DNA of 62,391 bases, filler included, from Sluysia triapertura (GCA_046118255.1; 5 parts of 5 records of this genome joined end to end with filler, not necessarily neighbours in it); one strand, 5' to 3'; numbered from the whole stretch's first letter, positions 27,225 to 39,524 are shown. Notes: generated from the sequence alone by a model not told the origin. Program-made: numbers and translations.

Positions 27225-27968
27225 TTGAAAACACATAAAGTCTTTGACTTGTGAATTAAACATAAACTTTCTTTTATAATCTTAAAAATATTATCAACAT
27301 ATTTAAATATATTAAAAAAATTAAATGTATTTGATGATTTGTGAAGGTTAGATGCTATTTAGATGTTAGTAGATCGTAGGTTAAAAGTATGTTAAAAGAG
27401 AGTGATTTCGAAAATGAAAAGAAGATAAGTTATAGTGTAGGTTTTAGTATGGTTATACTATGGTTTGCAAGAATGGTTATAGAATATTGAAAATGTTATT
27501 TATTTTCTTGATATGTTTAAGTAGTGAAAATTAAATGATGCAGATCATGGGTTTAGAATGTTTGGATTGCTTTGAAGATGTTTGTTGGTTAAAATCGAAT
27601 GTAATTGTAATTGTGCTTAAACTGTTAAGAAATGAAGAATAAAATATTTTAGATGAATTTTTTAATGTGATTTAATGGTTTTGAATATAATAGTGGTTTG
27701 GATGTTATAAGATTGTGGGTTTAATTGATTTTGACGGATGAAGATGTTTTAGTGGATGTAAAAGAGATAAGTAAGGGAATGTTAAAATGTTTAAGAGTAT
27801 GGTTTTATGTACAAAGTTTTAATTTAGTTTAATGTGATTTGTAGGTTTTCAGGATGAATATTAAGTTAGCGGAAGTTTATTTAAACGGGATATTTTTGAT
27901 GAATGTTTTGCAACTCTGTAAAGTAATTTTGTAATAAAATTTATTAGGAAAATAGGTTGGCCACCACA
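27225..27968 (-). mobile_element. Solo-LTR-like repeat, family B
   Basis: Terminus ggttggccaccaca and a strongly C-depleted + strand. Both the core and the far end (cataaagtctttgacttg...aactttcttt) match 44298-44765. Confidence 0.65.
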
Positions 27969-28289
27969 ATATGAAATATATGTGAGAAAAGCCATTAAAA
28001 AGCTGGCGCCACTTGCGTTAGTGTTAATTTCAAAGTTAATAAAAAATGTAAAATTTTTCATAAATTTTCAATAAAATAGCATAAAATGTGGAAATTTGTA
28101 AATTTAATATTCTCTATCAAAGTATAATATAGTGTGGAATGTTCTAAAGCAATCTGCCATCTTATAACAATAGTAATAATAATACTTTCACTTATTTTAT
28201 TTGATTCAAATATTTTTCTCACAATATGGTGATATATTATTGAAATAATTTTGTGCATAAACTTTAAAAGCACAAACGATTGTCCTTAC

Positions 28290-28390
28290 TTAACCTCTAA
28301 AACAATATGTTACATGACCTGCTTAAGCCTGAGAAACTTCCAGAAATATGAGTGGGACCAATTGGTCCCAGCGGCGGCGAAAGGGTTAGT
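28290..28390. mobile_element. piggyBac-like MITE remnant
   Basis: ttaacct ... gggaccaattggtccc palindrome ... gaaagggttag. AGGG-TTA is the piggyBac end. Confidence 0.4.
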
Positions 28391-28424
28391 TATCTAAACA
28401 ATAATTCTACATAAAAATGTATTA

Positions 28425-28667
28425 TTAACCCTTTCAGGCCCGGGACCGCCATATGGCGTCAATGGCGATTTTTTCTCTTACACAACTGCTATGCAAGATC
28501 CTACTAAAGTAACTTTTCAATAGATATTTATGTTTGAACTTTGACCTATATATTTTTACTTCACGTCAATATTTACAATTTTCATACATTTTTCATAAAT
28601 CATCATCTATAAAGACAATAAATCATCATATATCTTAAGGAAAAAAATTCGGGGCTGAAAAGGTTAA
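28425..28667. mobile_element. piggyBac-like MITE with TTAA target-site duplication
   Basis: TTAA-ccctttcaggcccg ... cggggctgaaaagg-TTAA (12/14 TIR match). Confidence 0.75.
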
Positions 28668-29134
28668 AGACGTTTTGATATTTTCTAAGACTATTCGAGA
28701 TTCTCTTAATAATTCGTATTTATATGATACAAAGAATATTATTTTCGGACTACACAATTATAAGCAAATATTATTTACAATATTAATTATGATTATTTTG
28801 TCTTTACGAATAACACGACCTTACAATGAATTACCATTATTAATGAATATCAACAAGAGTTGTGATGATTTTAAAAAATGATTTTGAATGTAGGTTGGTA
28901 AATCTACTTATGAAAATTGAATATAATTTAAGTGGAAAATCTAGCCCTTGCTAATGAAAAGAAAAGCTTATACATACAAAACGTACGACTTGAATAAAAG
29001 GTAGATTAAAATTAATAAATTTTTTGCGTTACGTATGATCGCAAATGGAAAAATAATTTGTCGTCGAAGAAATAATTTTAGTTGTTTTTAATTTCAAGAT
29101 TACTTAAACCCTTAATGAAGTTTTCTATTTCTTT

Positions 29135-29900
29135 TGCTATGTTTTTTCTTATTCTTAACCTACAGCAAAATAATTTTTGAATCGGTTACAATAAACGACT
29201 CACAACGTCAAATGGGTGTTCCTGAAACTATAAAATGACATATCTTAATTGAAGTTTATCTTTTTCTTTTTATGTCTTGGCTTATGTATATTTATTTTTT
29301 TCGTAGAAGCTATTACTCAATTAATATAATTAATCCTCGGAAATAATGTAAATTCTTAATAGAATTATAGGCCTTACTGTTAAAACTTTGGATTTTAATG
29401 AAATTATTGCAATTTTTCAACAATTAATCACAAACGCAAATACGAATAATGATAAATTTTATCAAAAAAAACAAAACGAATATACTTACAAATTTATCAC
29501 AAAGATGCAGAAAAATAAATATATTTTAAAATTAAAGCCTCTTTGGCCTTTACTTCTTATCTTGAGGATTTAAAAATTGAATTTGACCCTCAGTAAATCG
29601 GAGTTAAAAAATTATTAACAAATGAATTTAAGTGAGATTTTTTAGATTTTACTCTAAGTAAGTAATTTTTATTAGCAAAAAATAACAAAATAATGTCCAA
29701 AACAAGGTCTCCTGGTATCTATTATTGGTATTATGAAATTGTGACTGTAAATGTTTCTAGTCATCAGCCAATCAAAATCGATGGAAATTCTCGAAAATTC
29801 CAGAATTTTTGGTTTATTTTTTCGAAAACTTATTTTCTTATTTAGAAATTAAGTTTCTTTTATAAAAAATCATTTTCATTTTTCGAAAATGGCTTTATTT
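29135..29900 (-). mobile_element. Family C LTR-like repeat (degenerate) with CCAAT and HSE array
   Basis: acagcaaaataatttttgaatcggttacaataaacgactcacaac and tagtcatcagccaatcaaaatcgatggaa match 3645-3690 and 4214-4242. Confidence 0.5.
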
Positions 29901-30229
29901 CGTGAAATCATCATTTTTAGGTATTATTTTCTTTTAATTGTTTTGCACATTTCTGACACTGTACGTAAAATTAATTTTATTATCACAATTAATGTTTTGG
30001 TGAAATATATTATACGTTTCAAAATTATTAATTAAAATATTAAAAATGTTAAAAATTACCAAAATTTGAAATCATAGAATATCAGACCATATGTCTAAGT
30101 GCACTCTGGCACTTGGAATTCAAATTTCACGATTTAGTGCATTTCTGAGTTTGAAATTGCTGGTTAAGACTAATGTAATGCAATTTTATTTAGACGACCA
30201 AATATTAGATAGCATATTATAGGTGATAT

Positions 30230-30600
30230 CAGATTTTTAAAAGGATTGTTGTTAGTGACAAAAGTAAATATATTATTGTAACAAAGAACATGAAAAGAAT
30301 AGTTTAGGTAAGGAATTTGTCAGCTGGTCGTTAAAAAGGTAGCTTTGAAAAAAGTCATGATTCGCTTTTGGTAGATTTCTGAAGGTGTAGTTCACTTCGA
30401 ATTAATTCCTGAAGGTCAGTCCATCAACTTTGATATACAGAAAGTTCGAAGTATTATGATTGATCATTATCCAGAGTTAGTCAACAGAAATAAAGTTTTA
30501 CTTCAGCAAGATAATACCAAACCTTACACGTCGCAAAAAACAAAGATGCTTTTAGATGATTTCAATGAATTTGAGTTAATTCCACATTCAGCTCTTTTGG
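30230..30600 (+). mobile_element. mariner transposase remnant
   Basis: F/KRIVVSD..., KKVMIRFW*ISEGVVHFELIPEGQSIN and YPELVNRNKVLLQQDNTKPYTS...ELIPH match the mariner FLxRIVTGDEKW, KKVMLCVWWD, LLHDNARPH and LPHPPYSPD motifs. Confidence 0.85.
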
Positions 30601-30762
30601 ACTCATTTTTTTAAAACAGGAAATTCAAATAGATGTGATAAATTTTTCGTTTCCAAATGGAAGAATTAATTAGTTCACTGTCACTGAAAAATCTGTTTAT
30701 ATTTTGATTAAAATATTGTTCTTTCATTGTTTTCGAAAATGACATTGTTAGACTTCAATAAA

Positions 30763-30844
30763 TGGAGTGACCGGAGATCAAACCCGGTAACTCTCGCTTC
30801 ACAGCTGTGGAGTTCAATGCTCTAACTACTAAGCTATCAGCCCC
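30763..30844 (-). repeat. tRNA-derived repeat (SINE-like or tRNA pseudogene), copy 1
   Basis: Minus strand ggggctgatagcttagtagttagagc...ccgggtttgatctccggtcactcca has degenerate A and B boxes. Homologous to 54476-54557. The acceptor and anticodon stems do not pair properly. Confidence 0.7.
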
Positions 30845-31009
30845 ACCTTACAATTTTTATTATACTGTATTTGTATTTGTAAAATGTCAAATTTAAAAAT
30901 ATTGGGTGACAACTGTTATTGGTTATTTTTGTTTTATATTTAGCTGATACTAAATCAATTATTTCATATATTAATTTAAAATTAATTAATCTATTTTAAT
31001 TATATTTAG

Positions 31010-32556
31010 AATTTATTTGGATATCCGATTTGCATTATATAACCAATGTCAATTCTTTTGACAGTTCTTCAATTATATTACAAAATAATAGTGAAAAGAT
31101 TCATTTTCCAATAACTACAATCAACTATCTATTGTCAATTGTATTCTTAGCTTTTCAATCGTCAATGGTATTTTGGAAAACATCCAAACCATTGTCGTTA
31201 ATTGTTTCATTATTTGATTTTGTAACAAGCATCAGTTTCTTATTTATTCAATCCACATTAAGAGTTACAATTCGATATTTTATGCATTTTCTTAATAATG
31301 ATTTTAGTGGTAATTTTAAACCTGAACCACTTTTAACCCAAAATCATTCACTTATTTTGATAATATTAAGTTTTATTTGTTATATTATAAGTCGTAATAT
31401 TTTATTTCATTATGTTACGTCATATTATGTTACTTGTCAACGATCATTGAATGAATTTATTGAAGAAACTAAAATATCGTCTATTTCCGATGGTTTATTT
31501 AATAAATCCAAAGAATTTCGTGATAGATTAAAAAAACGATTGGATAATTTTTGGACAATTGTATTTCTTTTTATACTATGGATTTTAATGACTGGTTTCA
31601 TATTACCAATTTCCTGCTTTTTTATACATACTTATTGGTTAACTAATCAATCATTTCTGTTAGTTGGATTTACGGCTATCTTGGTATTAATTATATTTTG
31701 GTTTTGTATAATAATAACCTTATCTATAAAACAAAACTGGAATATGAAGATTTTGAAACCCGATTACTCAAATAATATTAGTGATAATTCTGAACCAATG
31801 TACACTTGTTTTCAAAATCATCGAACATTAAGTCAGTTATCAAATAAACAAGAAATTACTAGTTCCCGATTAAGTAATAATGAATATTCAATTAATGATT
31901 ATCGTAATTCAGATTTATATCAATTATTTAAAACCACTAATTATTTACCAAAATCAGTAAATTCAATTGAAGATGTTTATCATAATCAAACAATTAATTC
32001 ATTTAAACAATTAAATGGTATTAATGAACAAGAAATGCTACAACAATATTATCCAGATAATAATCAACGTCAATGTTGCAATATAGCAACTGAAAATGAA
32101 AATGTTGATCGTATCAATAGTCGAAATGTCACTGTTGATCATACAGCCATTATGAATCAAATTCATCATAACAATACAACTAGTAATGTAAATAATAGTA
32201 TTAGCTTAGAAGACAGTGATTATCATAGTGCTCCAAAAAAACATTTTTCATATGATAGTTTAAAATCATTACCAACTTATCGACGTAAATATGATATTCC
32301 AAATAATAATAGTAATATGCCAAGTCAACCGGAAATTTGTAATATGCCACTAATTAATAATTCTGATATCAGTAGTAGTAATACTAATAGAAATAATATT
32401 TCCAATAATATAAATTACGATGATAATCATACCGATATAAGTACGGATTTTTCAGATCAAGTTACAAGTTCCAGTGCAATGGACAATAAAAAGCCAATAT
32501 ATGAATATCGTTCTGTTTTTAATGATTCTGTAATTTTACATCAGACTCGTGTTTGA
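31010..32556 (+). CDS. Last exon of a tincar-like multi-pass membrane protein
   Basis: Acceptor tatatttag at 31009 (phase 1), then about 515 open codons to TGA. Motifs IWISDLHY, INYLLSI...SMVFWKTSKPLSLIVS and FWFCIIITLSIKQNWNMKI resemble tincar (IWxTELDF, YPAVFWxTNK, LTIKxxWxFK). Hydrophobic helices are followed by an Asn/Ser-rich tail ending QTRV. Upstream exons were not identified. Confidence 0.7.
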
Positions 32557-33551
32557 TATGATTTAAGAGACGTGCTTTCAATGTTGGTTTTGCCTTAATT
32601 TGGTTGGTCATTTTTTATTTTTTAGCTATTTTTATTTTGTAAAATGTAAATATTAATTTATAAATATAATCAGTTCCTGTTTTTAAAACAAATTATCAAT
32701 TATATGTATTATTTTTTCTAATTTGATAAATAAAAGTTTGTTCGATATTGATTTTGAGTAAAATTGTGGTTATATTGAAATATTCTGTTATTTCATCGAA
32801 CTATGTGCAAAGCATTATATTAGAATAGAATCACTTGGTTGAATGAAATAAACATCGATTTGAACTTATGAATGAATAGTAGCATAGGAAGAACTGAAAA
32901 ACCTAAACTCTTATTAAAATGGAAATTAAAAAATATGAATAGAATGCACAAATTAACAAATAAGTTATAATGACCAAACATATATTAATGAACAAAATTA
33001 AATAAATAGATGAAATTGATCACAATAACGCCAGAAAATGTTGAAATAATTTGATTGTGAATGTAAAATTTAATATTACGCTGCATCAGTGACATTTATT
33101 TTACTTTTTAACATTATTCTATTGCTATAATAAGTACTGTTAACAATAAAGTACAAATTATCACAAAGAATTTCTTTTTATCTACAATACAAATCAATTT
33201 ATTATTATAAATTCCTTATTACTATTAAACCTATTTTAATTCCTTCATTAAAATTTAAAACTTACAGATACAAAAGATACAGATTTAATTACATTCAATA
33301 TATAGTAAATACAATAATAAGACAATAAAGTGAATAATTCCAATCTTATTTCAATTAATCTTAATTGAAAATTTGTTTAAACAGTAAAATCTTTTGAAGT
33401 CTAATTTAATTTTTATTAGGATTACACAATTACATAAAAGTATTAAATACATAAAAGTAAGAAATAATCATACACATTTAAATATTTATTATAAAATTTT
33501 AAATCTAAAACGTTAATGGTTAAATATCTAATTCTGTATAAGCCGTTGTCA

Positions 33552-34445
33552 TTACTTTATCATGTTCGCATACTCGTTTATGTCTTTCACATGTTTGATG
33601 TAGTTGTGAACACCTTTAACTTTATACTTGTCATCTTGATAGCAGTCATCACTACTGACATTTTTTAACTTTAAAACTAATGTATTTATAATAATCGTTA
33701 TCATATCTTTTAATTTTAAGATCAATGTATATATAATCATAGTTATGAAATCATTTAACTAAAAATTCTAGGTATTTATAATCATCATTATCATATCTTT
33801 TAACTAAAAATTCAAAGTGTTTATAATCATAGTTATATCTTTTAACTAAATAATCAAAGCATTTATAATTATCGTTATCATATCTTTTGACTATAAATTC
33901 AAGGTATTTATAATCATCATTATCATATCTTTTAACTAAATAATCAAAGTGTTTATAATCATCGTTATGATATCTTCTATCTTTAAGATTAAAATATTTA
34001 TAATCATCGTTATCGTATCTTTTAACTTTAAGACCATCATCACTGTTACAAGTTTCAACTTTGAGATCATCACCACTGTTATGACCTTTAACTTTGATAT
34101 CATCATCGTTGTCATGAGTTTTAACTCTAAGATCATAATCATAGTTATAAGTTTACGTTTAAAAATTTAGCGTTGTTATAAAATTCAACTTTAAGATAAT
34201 CATCGTTGTTTTGACTTTTAACTTTCAGATCCTCATGATTGTTAAGGCTTTTAGCTTTAAGATCATCATCGATACTATGACTTTTAACTTTAAGATGATC
34301 ATGATTGTTATGAATTTCGACATTAAGATTATCATGACTGTTATGACTTTTAGCTTTAAGATTATCATCGTTGTTATGGGATTTAACTTCCAGATCATCA
34401 TAGTTATGCGGTTCAACATTAAGATCATCATGATTGTTATGACTT
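33552..34445 (-). pseudogene. Asp/Asn/His/Tyr-rich tandem-repeat protein (11-aa then 15-aa units), interrupted
   Basis: Minus frame not shown in the ORF track: 33-nt units (SHNNDDDLKVK)n followed by 45-nt units (RYDNDDYKYLEFLVK)n. It has two frameshifts, an in-frame TGA and no visible ATG. Confidence 0.6.
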
Positions 34446-34570
34446 ATTTATTTATTTATGATTTATTTCCAAATTTTTATTTTTGTTGATTGTATTAGCA
34501 AAATTGTGAACAATCGAAAAATTGAAAAATTTGTCAAATTATTTTTAGTTTCTAAATCTTTCGTATCACG

Positions 34571-34750
34571 ATTGGCTGTCCAACTATAATGATTTTTAGC
34601 TTTATAAACACAATTACTGATTTGGTTCTACAGCCAATAATCGGTAAGTTTAATTTTTAGTAATTTGTAAGATAATGTCAAACTGTGATGACTACCATCA
34701 TAAACACTGACACAGAAAAGTAATTATACTGCAAAGTGTCATTGCTGATG
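34571..34750 (-). promoter_or_regulatory. Bipartite palindromic upstream module, copy 3
   Basis: attggctgt / acagccaat inverted repeat, then tgtgatgac, then catcataaacactgacac / gtgtcattgctgatg inverted repeat. Confidence 0.5.
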
Positions 34751-34783
34751 TTAAGCCACTTAATTGATTTGAATTAATTTTAG

Positions 34784-34914
34784 NNNNNNNNNNNNNNNNN
34801 NNNNNNNNNNNNNNNNNNNNNNNNNNNNNNNNNNNNNNNNNNNNNNNNNNNNNNNNNNNNNNNNNNNNNNNNNNNNNNNNNNNNNNNNNNNNNNNNNNNN
34901 NNNNNNNNNNNNNN
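34784..34914. other. Assembly gap (plain N-run)
   Basis: N-run without the spacer. Confidence 0.95.
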
Positions 34915-34989
34915 CTTGTTTTTCTTTGATAAGACGAGCTTTCTTTGCTTTTCTTGATATTTCTGGAAAATCAAAGCTAAAGTAATAAA

Positions 34990-35747
34990 GAATGAAGACT
35001 TAAAACTTAATATTTAAATTAAAATAAATGTTTTGCGTAGCTGGTAGAATATAACTTTCTATTCTTGAATTAATAATGTCTCTACTAAAGGTGTTAAAGT
35101 TTAAAGATGTAAGATGCTGCGCAATGCGTTTTAATGTTAATTTTACTATTATTTTTGTACTTGAAGTGAATTAATTTTAATTGTTAGCATACACTTGAAT
35201 GTTTTACATGAAGTAATGTTTATAATGCTTTTCGGTGCTGATTGATCTTTTTAAGTAGAAGTAAAAGAAATAAATATGGGAATGTTAAATGTTTGAGATG
35301 ATTGATTTTGAATGTGTTGGAATTGAATTGTTTAAGATGCAAGAATGTAAAAATAAAATGTTTCTAATGAATTTTTAATGTGCTTTGATGGTTTAAGACG
35401 TTATTGTGACTTGGATATTGTGAGGTGTTGGATAAATGTTCTTAATGGATTTCTTAATCTGAGTTTCTGGTAGTTTGTTAAAAATTTATAGACTTGAGGT
35501 ATTTTGAAAAGTGAAAATTTGTTTTGGTAGATTTGAAAAGAAATAAGATATAAAAATAACTGTGATGACTTTTACAGAATTATTATATGTTGTTACAGGG
35601 TATGATTTTGGTTATGTTAAGTTAATTTTAAGTAGATTTAAATGTGTATTGTATTTTAAAAATGTGTATTGTATATTTTAAAGATTTGTGGAATTTTGAT
35701 ATGTTTAAAGTGAGGTTTTAGTTAATGTTATTAGGTTGGCCACCACA
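34990..35747 (-). mobile_element. Solo-LTR-like repeat, family B
   Basis: Terminus ggttggccaccaca, C-poor + strand, core aaataaaatgtttctaatgaatttttaatgtg. Confidence 0.6.
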
Positions 35748-37148
35748 ATTGCTATTACCAATCTAATATCCAAAACTATCGTTACCTAACATTAATTTAA
35801 ATAAAATAAGAAAAAATAAACAAAATAATAGTTAATATAAATAAATGATAAACAAAAATTAAATTAATTACTTTCCAAAAAGTGATTCTAGAATTTTATC
35901 AATACATAATAGATGAATGGTCTAAAAAGATTATGAATTTTAATATAAATTCAAAAATTTATTATTAAAAATTTCGACTATTAAATCAATTTTTTAATAT
36001 AATAGAAAAATTATAGGTCTTTCACTAAATGATCTTTTCTAATAAAATATATTAATTTGTACTCAAGTTCATTTTTCAATTAAAAGTAATTAAATAGATA
36101 ATCCCCCACAAAACTAGTTTAACTATTAATAATTAATAATGGATTTTTAATGCATTAATGACATTTTAGTGGAATTTTAATGGATTTATGTATATCGCTA
36201 TAAATAGCAAGAACAAAATAATAGTTACACAGAAAAAAAGATTACACTTTCATTATCGGAACATTGAAAGTTAAAGTCTACATATTAATTTTTTGGAAAA
36301 TTAAAAGTTAAATTACTGGAATATTAAAGCGATAAAAATTGGTAAATCATTTGGTGATCCTTAATTAATTAGGAATTTTTGAGGAATTAGTTACAGCTGG
36401 ACTATCGCAACTTTCCATTGCTAGAAGATTTTCAAAAACATTTTTATCCGTCGTTGAATTCGATTTCGATTGTTTTTATGACAAGATTTTGTATGTTTTT
36501 ATTACATTGGTTTTTACTTTATTTAAGTAAGGTACAAATTGAACTTAACTTGTAATTAATTTTTTGGCGCTGGCTTAAGCTAGTTACAAGATCAGTGTAA
36601 AATCATTTTAAAGATTCAGACTTAAAATCTCTAATAAAGTAAATCATTATTAATAGTATATATTTACCTGTAAAGTTGCTTTTGGTTTCGGTTTATTTAA
36701 TATTAACTTCGTAATTTTTACCTGCATAAACAAAAACGCATTTGTTTTATTTTTTATTTGTTACCTTAATAATTTAATCAAGATATAAGTTTTTCAAAAA
36801 TTTCAGATTCATGAACATCATGAAAAACGCAAAAGCCAACAGTTTTGTTTAAACTATTATCACAATATTAAGAGTATTGTTAATATAAACTGATATTATA
36901 TCTCTAAGAATATAATAAGTAAAAATGAGCTCAACTAGAATCACCAAATAAGACTCAGTTTTATAAATAAAACTCTTTGCAAAGAGGAAACCTTATAGAT
37001 AAATCTTATGCTATAGGAGAACCAGTATTAAAATAATTTTGCACATAGATGTCTTAACAAAATGAAATAAAACCTAACAATAATAATTTGTAAATAATAA
37101 TATCTAAACAAGAAATAATAATAATTAATAATATAGTAAAAAATATAT

Positions 37149-37316
37149 TACTGTATTTTCCTTCAACATGGCGCACCGGACTATAAAGTGCATCCTAAAA
37201 AAATTTGGTAGACCATCTATTTAGTCTACATACTCCACCGGATTATAAGGCACTCTTCCTAAAATTTAACTAAAAATTATTGTTTTAAGATGCGCCTTAT
37301 AGTCCGGAAAATTATT
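37149..37316. mobile_element. pogo/Tc2-type MITE
   Basis: TA-ctgtattttcc...gcgcaccggactataa, an internal ccggattataaggcac repeat and tgcgccttatagtccggaaaa at the right end. This resembles the CCGTATTTTCCGGACTATAAGGCGCA type of TIR. Confidence 0.65.
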
Positions 37317-37429
37317 AATAAAAATAACTTAACAACAAAAGCAATTTGGCTTGATAAATCTAGGTAATTTTAATAATCACAAATTTAAATGGAAATTATC
37401 CCAACAACACTGAAATAATTAAAGTGAAT

Positions 37430-37762
37430 AGTTCCGATCAATTATCAAAATTATAAGTTATCACGTTAATTGCCGCAATAATTTCAAAAAATTTTCATCT
37501 GGCCGACGGCAATATTGTTACATAATCTATACGCATCATCTCGAAAAAATTTAACTTATTTTCGCATAAAGTGCATAAGTACGGAATTAAACTTTTTAGG
37601 TTGTGTATTTCAGAAGGATACACATGAGCAAGCAAAATTTATTCAGGTAAATCTGATGTTTTTGATAAAAATTACGGTATAGCCGCAAAAGTTTGCAACG
37701 ATTTATGTCAAGGGCTTCTAAATGAAGGTAGAACTTATTTGTGGACAACTTCTATACCAGCT
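37430..37762 (+). mobile_element. piggyBac transposase fragment
   Basis: HKVHKYGIKLFRLCISEGYT*ASKIYSGK...KVCNDLCQGLLNEGRT/LFVDNFYTS carries the KYGIK, YxGK and DNFYTS motifs. It is cut by a family B element. Confidence 0.9.
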
Positions 37763-37917
37763 TGTAGTGGCCAACCCCTTAACTCAATAATAAAACAAAA
37801 ATTCATACATACAACAACACCACTCATCACACCCTTCAATCATAAAACACCACTCAACTCACTTCATAAACAATAAAATACAATCTTAACACTTCACCAA
37901 ACTACATCTCACAATAA
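37763..37917 (+). mobile_element. Family B LTR-like end (runs into gap)
   Basis: tgtagtggccaacccctt..., G-poor strand, matches 25962-26048. Confidence 0.65.
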
Positions 37918-38401
37918 NNNNNNNNNNNNNNNNNNNNNNNNNNNNNNNNNNNNNNNNNNNNTTAATTAATTAANNNNNNNNNNNNNNNNNNNNNNNNNNN
38001 NNNNNNNNNNNNNNNNNATAAAATAAACACTAAGTGTAGAATCAGTTGATTGTATTGCAAGAGATCTAATTGTCAAATAAACGCTAAAAGTAATAATTAG
38101 AACCAGTCGACTTACTTAGACTTTAAGTTAAGTTTTTAAAAATCCAAAACCTAATAATACGTCTCCAAATTTGGTATAAATCGTATATATCAGGCGGACC
38201 GACCTATCAGATAATTTGTTAAGTATAAGAAAATACTAGCATAAGCATTTACACACAGAATCAAATATTTTGGTTCACTGAAAAAATTCAACAATAATAA
38301 CCACACATTGCAAACATTTTGATTTTTCAGTAAATTGCATTCTGTGACTTTAATTTGAATCTTATCCAATAAAACCTAATGATAATAATTTGGAATATTT
38401 T

Positions 38402-38625
38402 CTAATATTGCTTTTTATGCTTAATAACATTTTCCTGCTTTAACTTGAGTGCTACTAATTCATGAAACTTGTAATTAGTTACTCGAACACCTCCCTTATC
38501 AGGTAAATCTGTACCATCTGATTTTGTAACTTTCAATTCAGCAATTAATAATGTATTATTAAGATCAGGGTAATCAATTTCTAATGCTTGTATTTTAAAT
38601 TCGACTTCTCCATCTGTGGTGAACC
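38402..38625 (-). mobile_element. Polinton/Maverick (adintovirus-like) major capsid protein fragment
   Basis: DGEVEFKIQALEIDYPDLNNTLLIAELKVTKSDGTDLPDKGGVRVTNYKFHEL resembles the capsid N-terminal pattern GPIEFxIxGxGxDYxDLxNTxLxxxxKITKxDGTxL...VxPVNxxLHSL. Confidence 0.65.
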
Positions 38626-39218
38626 AAAGACAAAAACACACTTAAACCGTAAAAATTTGTAACAATCCCAAACATATTCTAATACATTTATCATAAATAA
38701 AATCTTAAACTTACTTCAACAAAATGTCAAAACAATAAATAACATGTACAAACAGAAGCAATCTTCACACAAAGTAATACTGCAAATTCATCATCATTAA
38801 CAACAAAGTTCAGTTTTCGTTGACTGTTATTTGATACATTATTTAGCATTTATGTGATATTCAAATAATCTTAAAATTCTTTAATAGAAGTATTTGTTTT
38901 ATAAATATTTATTTTGGAATTATTTATTATACTTAATTCCATATGTTAAAATTAATACATTTTACGGAATCAATTTCAATTAATTTACTAAATATAATTT
39001 ATAATTGTTATAGCATTTAATTTACTTATAAAAGTAAAGGTAAATTAATAAAAGGTCTAAAATAATTTAAAATTTAAGTTATAAAAAATGACTTCTTTCC
39101 AATGCATTTATATTGTTTTAATATTGGCATTTAAAGGGTCATACATTGAGCTTGTTTAAACACAAACAAATTAACCAATCATGAAATTCTGAATTTATTT
39201 ATTTTATTACACTAACAC

Positions 39219-39349
39219 ATGGAGTTTGATTGTGCAAGTTTTATTAGTGGTGCATCAGGTGGAATTATATCGACATTAATTTTGCATCCTTTGGATTTAG
39301 TTAAAGTACGATTCCAAGTAAATGAAGCTACCGGTGTTATTCCCTATCG
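39219..39349 (+). CDS. SLC25A32: Mitochondrial folate/FAD carrier, exon 1
   Basis: MEFDCASFISGASGGIISTLILHPLDLVKVRFQV contains the PxDxxKxR carrier signature. GT donor at 39350, 46-nt intron. A CCAAT box lies at about 39175. Confidence 0.9.
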
Positions 39350-39395
39350 GTAATTTTATTTCTGTAATTATACTTCTCTAATTTAAAACTATTAG

Positions 39396-39524
39396 ACCTA
39401 ATTACTATGGAATGTTTAATGCACTTCATCAAATATGGCTTAAGAATGGGATTTACGGATTATATCAGGGAGCAACACCAAATGTTTTTGCGTCTGGAGC
39501 ATCATGGGGTCTTTATTTCGTTAT
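39396..39524 (+). CDS. SLC25A32: Mitochondrial folate/FAD carrier, exon 2
   Basis: RPNYYGMFNALHQIWLKNGIYGLYQGATPNVFASGASWGLYF. AG and GTAAGT boundaries are phase-compatible. Confidence 0.9.

Noticed and set aside
27063-27254. Poly-Ile, poly-Leu and poly-Asn ORFs (also 12729, 41768, 60317)
   Set aside because: They are translations of (AAT)n microsatellites.
33740-34445. CRISPR-like array
   Set aside because: Units are contiguous degenerate tandem repeats with no unique spacers. The context is eukaryotic and there are no cas genes.
33936-34489. Ile/Met-rich ORFs here and at 26037-26468 and 26072-26356
   Set aside because: They are shadow frames of the D/N-rich repeats.
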